From Candidatus Velamenicoccus archaeovorus (GTDB lineage: Bacteria; Omnitrophota; Gorgyraeia; Velamenicoccales; Velamenicoccaceae), in assembly GCF_004102945.1 (NCBI RefSeq), contig NZ_CP019384.1:1770001-1802000 (forward strand): a stretch of 32,000 nt of DNA, written 5' to 3'. Positions within the stretch are counted from its first letter, which is position 1; every line of letters starts with the position of its first letter. The position numbers were made by a program, and so were the translations under genes. Under the pieces are notes generated by a model. It ran no database searches, was not told where the DNA came from, and was given only the letters and a program-made list of their open reading frames with translations. Positions 28,095-32,000 of the stretch are shown here, one piece after another.

Positions 28095-28385
28095 CTATTC
28101 CACCAGGATGACGAGCTCATTGTCGCCCTTCATGTGGGCGACACCCCTTTGGATCTTGATAGGCCGCAAATCCTGGACCTGGCCTCGCGGCCCCTCATTG
28201 GACAAAATCCCGAAGCCGAACTTCTTGGCCAGGGGAACCAGGCGGATCCATCCTCTTTTAAGCGCCACAAAAATCGGCTCGTGATAATCCATGATGCTCA
28301 ACTCGCCGTCGACACCAGGAAGCACGGCCTCCGAGACGGCGCCTTCAAACACTTTCCCTGTCGCGTTCAGGATCTGGATCTTCAT
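28095..28385 (-). CDS. atpC: ATPase epsilon-like subunit (beta-sandwich domain only)
   Basis: MKIQILNATGKVFEGAVSEAVLPGVDGELSIMDYHEPIFVALKRGWIRL...IQRGVAHMKGDNELVILVE matches the N-terminal domain pattern of F1 epsilon. There is no C-terminal helical hairpin. The start is ambiguous (ATG 28385 or GTG 28415). Confidence 0.65.
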   Translation of the reverse strand: MKIQILNATGKVFEGAVSEAVLPGVDGELSIMDYHEPIFVALKRGWIRLVPLAKKFGFGILSNEGPRGQVQDLRPIKIQRGVAHMKGDNELVILVE

Positions 28386-28498
28386 AAACCCGCGCAAAAC
28401 GCTCGCCGACGACACAGCATGCCATCGTTCTTTACCCCGCCGGAAAGCCCCGTGCCGGCTTTTTCGCTAGAAAGGACGGGGGTCTTTTCTAACGGGGC

Positions 28499-29377
28499 TT
28501 ACGCCAGGATGACCTTGTTTTTTCCTGTGGTCTTGGCCTGGTAAAGCGCCTTGTCCGCCTTGTCGATCAGCATGTCTTTTTCCTTGGAATCCGTCGGAAA
28601 TTCCGCGATCCCCATGCTGATGGTCGCCGGAAGGCTCAAGCGCACCAGATTCAGGAGACGTTCAGCCGCCAGCCGCGCCCCGTCCTTGTTGGTCTCAATC
28701 AAAAGGATGCAGAATTCCTCGCCGCCGTAACGGAAGACCATATCGAGGTTCCTGAGCGAACGCACGAAGAGATTCGTCAGGCCTTTCAACAATTCGTCCC
28801 CAGCCATATGACCGTTGGTATCGTTATATTTTTTGAAATTATCCACATCGACCATGATCAAGGAGAGACTCTGAGGATAGCGCCTGGCGCGCATCAACTC
28901 CCGGTCAAGGATCTCATGAAGATAGCGGTGGTTATATACCCCCGTCAGACCGTCCAGGATCGACAAGTCATAATAATAAGACTTCTTGTTGGCTTCATCC
29001 ATGAGGAAATAACGCTCAACGGCATGCTGCACAACTATACGGATCTCGCTGGGATTAAAGGGCTTGGTGATGTAGCCGAAGGCGCCATTTTCCATGGCCT
29101 CGATGGCGGAATTGATAAAAAGGTAGGGCGTAATGACGACGGCGCTGATCTTGGCATCCATGTTCTTGATGGCCCGGATCAGTTCAACGCCCCCCATATC
29201 CGGAAGGCGCAGTTCTGTAATGACAACCGCGCATTTAAGGTCTTTTAAAAGTTTTAAACCTTCTTTCGCGGATGAGGCCACGTTCACATTATGACCCGCG
29301 GCATAAAGGACCGCCCCCAGCTTTTCAGAGGCCTCGCTCTCATCCTCGATCAGAAGGATTTCCGCGCTCTGCTGCAT
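28499..29377 (-). CDS. response-regulator-like receiver + GGDEF diguanylate cyclase (GGEEF, RxxD I-site), receiver Asp replaced by Glu
   Basis: REC-like region ILLIEDESEA...AVVITELRLPDMGG...VVITPY...GYITKPF. GGDEF domain DGLTGVYNHRYL...MVDVDNFKKYNDTNGHMAGDELL...RNLDMVFRYGGEEFCILL. Confidence 0.88.
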   Translation of the reverse strand: MQQSAEILLIEDESEASEKLGAVLYAAGHNVNVASSAKEGLKLLKDLKCAVVITELRLPDMGGVELIRAIKNMDAKISAVVITPYLFINSAIEAMENGAFGYITKPFNPSEIRIVVQHAVERYFLMDEANKKSYYYDLSILDGLTGVYNHRYLHEILDRELMRARRYPQSLSLIMVDVDNFKKYNDTNGHMAGDELLKGLTNLFVRSLRNLDMVFRYGGEEFCILLIETNKDGARLAAERLLNLVRLSLPATISMGIAEFPTDSKEKDMLIDKADKALYQAKTTGKNKVILA

Positions 29378-29420
29378 CCGTCTTCCTCTCTTTCATTAAT
29401 TCTTCTAAATGATTATTATA

Positions 29421-29449
29421 TAATAGATTGTTAGGGACAACCAGTCAAC
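29421..29449 (-). promoter_or_regulatory. sigma70-like promoter for the REC-GGDEF / ATPase transcription unit
   Basis: The minus strand reads TTGACT (29449-29444), a 17-nt spacer, then TATTAT (29426-21). AGAGGAAG lies ahead of ATG 29377. Confidence 0.5.
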
Positions 29450-29563
29450 AATTTTCCCTCGTCTCGAACCAAAAATGCAAACCCCGCTTCAACCGGCAGA
29501 CGTCAAGAAACCAGGCTTCGCAGAAAGGCCCGACACTCGGACCCATCCTGTGCGCGAATTCCC

Positions 29564-29592
29564 TTGACAGAGGGCCTTTTCCTATGTAAAAT
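29564..29592 (+). promoter_or_regulatory. sigma70-like promoter upstream of the tRNA-Glu locus
   Basis: TTGACA (29564-29569), a 17-nt spacer, then TAAAAT (29587-29592), ~55 nt upstream of the first tRNA-like segment. The same stretch resembles the tRNA terminator hairpin (see findings). Confidence 0.5.
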
Positions 29593-29646
29593 TTCTCGCA
29601 CCGCGACCGGGATCGGCCGACAACCGAACGCCGGTTTTGACCTTCC

Positions 29647-29757
29647 GTCCCCATCGTCTAGCCTGGTCTAGGACACGAGCTTTTTCCCGCCAGGCAGACA
29701 AAACGGCTGGCGGGATCCCGCCCTCAAACAAAATAGCAGGGCGGGACAAGCTTGCGA
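29647..29757 (+). pseudogene. disrupted tRNA-Glu copy (5' half, 62-nt double-hairpin insertion in the anticodon loop, 11 nt of 3' anticodon stem/variable region; T-arm and acceptor 3' strand missing)
   Basis: 29647-29684 is identical to 30007-30044 (GTCCCCATCGTCTAGCCTGGTCTAGGACACGAGCTTTT). Two hairpins follow: CCCGCCAG/CTGGCGGG (29686-29714) and CCCGCCCT/AGGGCGGG (29717-29745). CAAGCTTGCGA (29747-29757) then matches 30045-30055. Confidence 0.75.
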
Positions 29758-29763
29758 GACTCT

Positions 29764-30021
29764 ATGTGTTTTGTCTATATCCTGGAAAACAAAGCAGGAC
29801 AACATTATACAGGAAGCTGCAAAGATTTAGATACGAGGATCAAAAAACATAACCAGAACAGCGTAAGATCCACCAAAAACAAGGGGCCGTGGAAGATTAT
29901 TCACCAGGAATCTTTCGACAACACAACGGCGGCCCGAAAACGAGAGAACGAAATCAAGCGGCACAAAGATATAAGATATTTTTTATCTTCGGTTAATAGA
30001 CCTCTCGTCCCCATCGTCTAG
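29764..30021 (+). CDS. GIY-YIG nuclease family protein (small YhbQ/URI-like)
   Basis: MCFVYILENKAGQHYTGSCKDLDTRIKKHNQ...GPWKIIHQESFDNTTAARKRENEIKRHK carries the GIY / YxG / R / E motif order of GIY-YIG domains. The last 5 codons and the stop codon lie inside the intact tRNA-Glu. Confidence 0.8.
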   Translation: MCFVYILENKAGQHYTGSCKDLDTRIKKHNQNSVRSTKNKGPWKIIHQESFDNTTAARKRENEIKRHKDIRYFLSSVNRPLVPIV

Positions 30022-30081
30022 CCTGGTCTAGGACACGAGCTTTTCAAGCTTGCGACACCGGTTCGAATCCGGTTGGGGACG
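30007..30081 (+). tRNA. tRNA-Glu (anticodon UUC)
   Basis: Manual cloverleaf: acceptor GTCCCCA/TGGGGAC; D-arm GTCT...GGAC; anticodon stem CGAGC/GCTTG with loop TTTTCAA; T-arm ACCGG TTCGAAT CCGGT; discriminator G. No encoded CCA. Confidence 0.9.
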
Positions 30082-30091
30082 CTAAAATCTC

Positions 30092-30124
30092 AAAGGCCCT
30101 CTTGACGAGGGCCTTTTCCTTTTC
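30092..30124 (+). terminator. rho-independent terminator after tRNA-Glu
   Basis: AAAGGCCCTC (30092-30101), loop TTGAC, GAGGGCCTTT (30107-30116), followed by TCCTTTTCC. Confidence 0.75.
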
Positions 30125-30317
30125 CAGAAGGAACCTTACTGGACGGCGGCCTCCCTCTTGATCAGCAAAGAAAAAACGCCTCCCGGCCTCTTTTTTATCG
30201 ACGACTGTCTGCGCCATTGTTTTTTATATTTAGTTGCACATGGTGCCTTTTTTTGATATTTTTAATCAAGGTGCGGATTAAACCCTTCCTTTATGTGGAA
30301 TGCGGAGATTCATTACC

Positions 30318-31526
30318 ATGAGCACACTGATCGGGGTTGGGTTCAGCGAAAAAAAAGACCCTTTCTTGGCCGCCTCCGAGGCAGCCAAGATGGCCCTTTA
30401 TCAGATTCATCACCGGCCCATCACCGTCGCCTTCCTGTTTTCCACCATCCACTTTGCACACCAGCGTCTTCTCGAGGGCATCTATTACGCCCTGGGGCAT
30501 ATCAAACTCCTGGGATGCACGGGTTCAAGCGTTATCTGGCCCGAAGCGATCAACAAATACGGCGTCGGCCTTATGCTCATCAGCATGGACCACGTCACGT
30601 TCGGACAGGCCCATAGCGTCGGCATCAAGACCAAAGGGGCGCGCCAGATCGGAGAAGAATTCGCGCGCCAGGCCCTCAAGAACCTGAGCACGCCCCAGCG
30701 GGACCTGGCTCTCATCTTCTGCGACGGCATCGTCGAGAACGGATCCGATCTCCTCAAAGGCATCAAGGACATTCTGGGATTGAGCTTCCCTATCTTCGGC
30801 GCTTCCGCGGCCGACAACTTCCGTTTCCACCAGACATACCAGTATTTTGACAAGGAATTGCTGACGGACGGCGTCGCAGGCCTCATTTTTTCCGGCGAGA
30901 ATATTTTCGGCATGGGGGTACGGCATGGCTGGAAGCCTCTCGGCAGACCGCACACCATCACCGGCGTCAAAGGCAATGTGATCAAGACCATTGAAGAAAA
31001 ACCGGCCGTGACCATCTATGAAGAATACTTCGGGAAATCCAGGAAAGAGATCGAAAAGACCCTCATCGAGATGAGCATCTACTATCCCCTCGGGCTCTAT
31101 GTGCCCGGGGAAACGGAATACCTCCTGCGCAACGTCCTGAGGATTGACGAAGACGGCGGGCTTGTCTGTCAGGGCGATGCTTCCGTCGGAAGCGAAGTCC
31201 GCCTGATGATGGGAACGAAGGAATGGGCGCTCAATGCTGCAACGCAGGCTGCCCAAGAGGCCAAAGACTCTCTCAAGGACAAAGAAGTCAAGGGGGCCCT
31301 TGTGTTCGAATCCATCTCCCGCAACAAACTCCTGGGACGATTGACAGAAAGAGAGTTATCGCGTATAAAAAAGGTGTTGGGCAATGTCCCGATCCTGGGC
31401 ATCTGCAGTTACGGCGAACAGGCGCCGCTGAAATCGCTGGAACATTACGGGGAGACCTACTTCCACAACGAAACCCTGGCCATCCTGGCCATTGGAGAAT
31501 CGCATGCCGCCGACAAGCACATTTAA
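30318..31526 (+). CDS. FIST (FIST_N + FIST_C) sensory domain protein
   Basis: MSTLIGVGFSEKKDPFLAASEAAKMA...LALIFCDGIVENGSDLLKGI...FPIFGASAAD...GVAGLIFSG...YPLGLYVPGE...LVCQGDASVGSEVRLM...GALVFESISRNKLLG. This is the typical FIST layout. The ORF can also start at ATG 30300. Confidence 0.75.
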   Translation: MSTLIGVGFSEKKDPFLAASEAAKMALYQIHHRPITVAFLFSTIHFAHQRLLEGIYYALGHIKLLGCTGSSVIWPEAINKYGVGLMLISMDHVTFGQAHSVGIKTKGARQIGEEFARQALKNLSTPQRDLALIFCDGIVENGSDLLKGIKDILGLSFPIFGASAADNFRFHQTYQYFDKELLTDGVAGLIFSGENIFGMGVRHGWKPLGRPHTITGVKGNVIKTIEEKPAVTIYEEYFGKSRKEIEKTLIEMSIYYPLGLYVPGETEYLLRNVLRIDEDGGLVCQGDASVGSEVRLMMGTKEWALNAATQAAQEAKDSLKDKEVKGALVFESISRNKLLGRLTERELSRIKKVLGNVPILGICSYGEQAPLKSLEHYGETYFHNETLAILAIGESHAADKHI

Positions 31527-32000
31527 CACCCCCTCTTCCCTGGAAATCCTCATCAGCTATATGGGCATGTTCGGGATGATCGCCGTCATCGTCCTGGTCA
31601 TCATCCTGGTCTTCAAGATGGAAAAGATCAAAGAGCTGAAGACCGAGCTGGCCAAACTCAAGCGGGCCTTTGAAGAACTCGACGGCCAGGCCAAACTGAT
31701 CGTCCAGACAGACGTCGAACTCCACAAGGCCCAGGAAGAGCTGGACAAAAAAATCTCCAGCCTTGTGACCCTGCAAAAACTCAGCCGCCTGATCTCGACG
31801 ACCCTCGACGAAGAAGAGATATTCCAGAAGCTCGACGAGAAACACATCACCGAACTGGGGTTCGACCGGGCCGTCGTCTTCTGCCGGGATGAAACAAAAG
31901 GCTACCTGTTGAAGGCCGCGATCGGCTATACGGCCGAGGAGGCGGACCGCATCATGAAACTCATGACGGGCATGCCCCTGCTCATGGACACCGTCATGAA
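31504..32000 (+). CDS. TM + coiled-coil + GAF-like signalling protein (partial; continues beyond the window)
   Basis: Not in the ORF track because it is edge-truncated. ATG 31504 is preceded by GGAGAATCGC and overlaps the FIST stop by 23 nt. Sequence: MPPTSTFNTPSSLEILISYMGMFGMIAVIVLVIILVF (TM), a coiled coil (KELKTELAKLKRAFEELDGQAKLIVQTDVELHKAQEELDKK), then LQKLSRLISTTLDEEEIFQKL...GFDRAVVFCRDE (GAF-like start). Confidence 0.7.
   Translation, partial: MPPTSTFNTPSSLEILISYMGMFGMIAVIVLVIILVFKMEKIKELKTELAKLKRAFEELDGQAKLIVQTDVELHKAQEELDKKISSLVTLQKLSRLISTTLDEEEIFQKLDEKHITELGFDRAVVFCRDETKGYLLKAAIGYTAEEADRIMKLMTGMPLLMDTVM

Noticed and set aside
29445-29852. ORFs 29445..29654 (-) and 29637..29852 (+)
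   Set aside because: They overlap the divergent promoter region, the tRNA fragment and the hairpin insertion. Their translations are Arg-rich with no motifs, and the region is better explained by RNA and regulatory features.
29647-30081. Reading the whole region as one tRNA-Glu gene split by a ~360-nt group I intron carrying a GIY-YIG homing endonuclease
   Set aside because: The downstream part is a complete tRNA including its own 5' half, so no splicing is needed. I could not recognise group I core elements (P3-P7) by eye. Kept as a duplication/insertion hypothesis; an Infernal scan should confirm.

Overview
Bacterial DNA, probably from an uncultivated lineage; taxonomy cannot be assigned from sequence alone. 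From about 29.4 kb down to base 1, essentially every gene is on the minus strand. In transcription order these are: (1) an atypical REC-GGDEF regulator; (2) a compact, divergent F-type ATPase operon (epsilon-like, c, b/delta-like, alpha, gamma, beta) with no a-subunit gene; (3) a small four-helix-bundle gene; (4) a 12-gene type II secretion / MSHA-like type IV filament cluster (GspE with tandem MshEN-type motifs, GspF, PilM-PilN fusion, PilO-like, GspG, GspI/J/K-like pseudopilins, ExeA/MshM-like ATPase, GspC/PilP-like, secretin, TPR protein); (5) a HisKA_3 kinase with a NarL-type regulator; (6) a cluster of five REP-like palindromes around a RAYT/IS200-like HUH transposase; (7) an operon of secreted proteins (DUF2341-type, two small proteins, and an edge-truncated Kelch-like propeller of more than 960 aa). 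The right end is on the plus strand: a tRNA-Glu locus whose 5' half is duplicated around a GIY-YIG nuclease gene, then a FIST sensor and a partial TM/coiled-coil/GAF protein. No rRNA, CRISPR array or cas genes were seen. Most interesting observations: (a) the two imperfect hairpins bracketing the RAYT gene are reciprocal hybrids of two perfect palindromes, an attL/attR-like signature of insertion at a hairpin loop, and in-silico excision restores an in-frame ATG for the DUF2341 gene; (b) the disrupted and duplicated tRNA-Glu with the GIY-YIG gene; (c) the a-less ATPase operon between c-di-GMP signalling genes and the secretion cluster; (d) families of short repeat modules filling unusually long spacers inside the operons. 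All functional calls rest on motif recognition by eye; no database search was possible.
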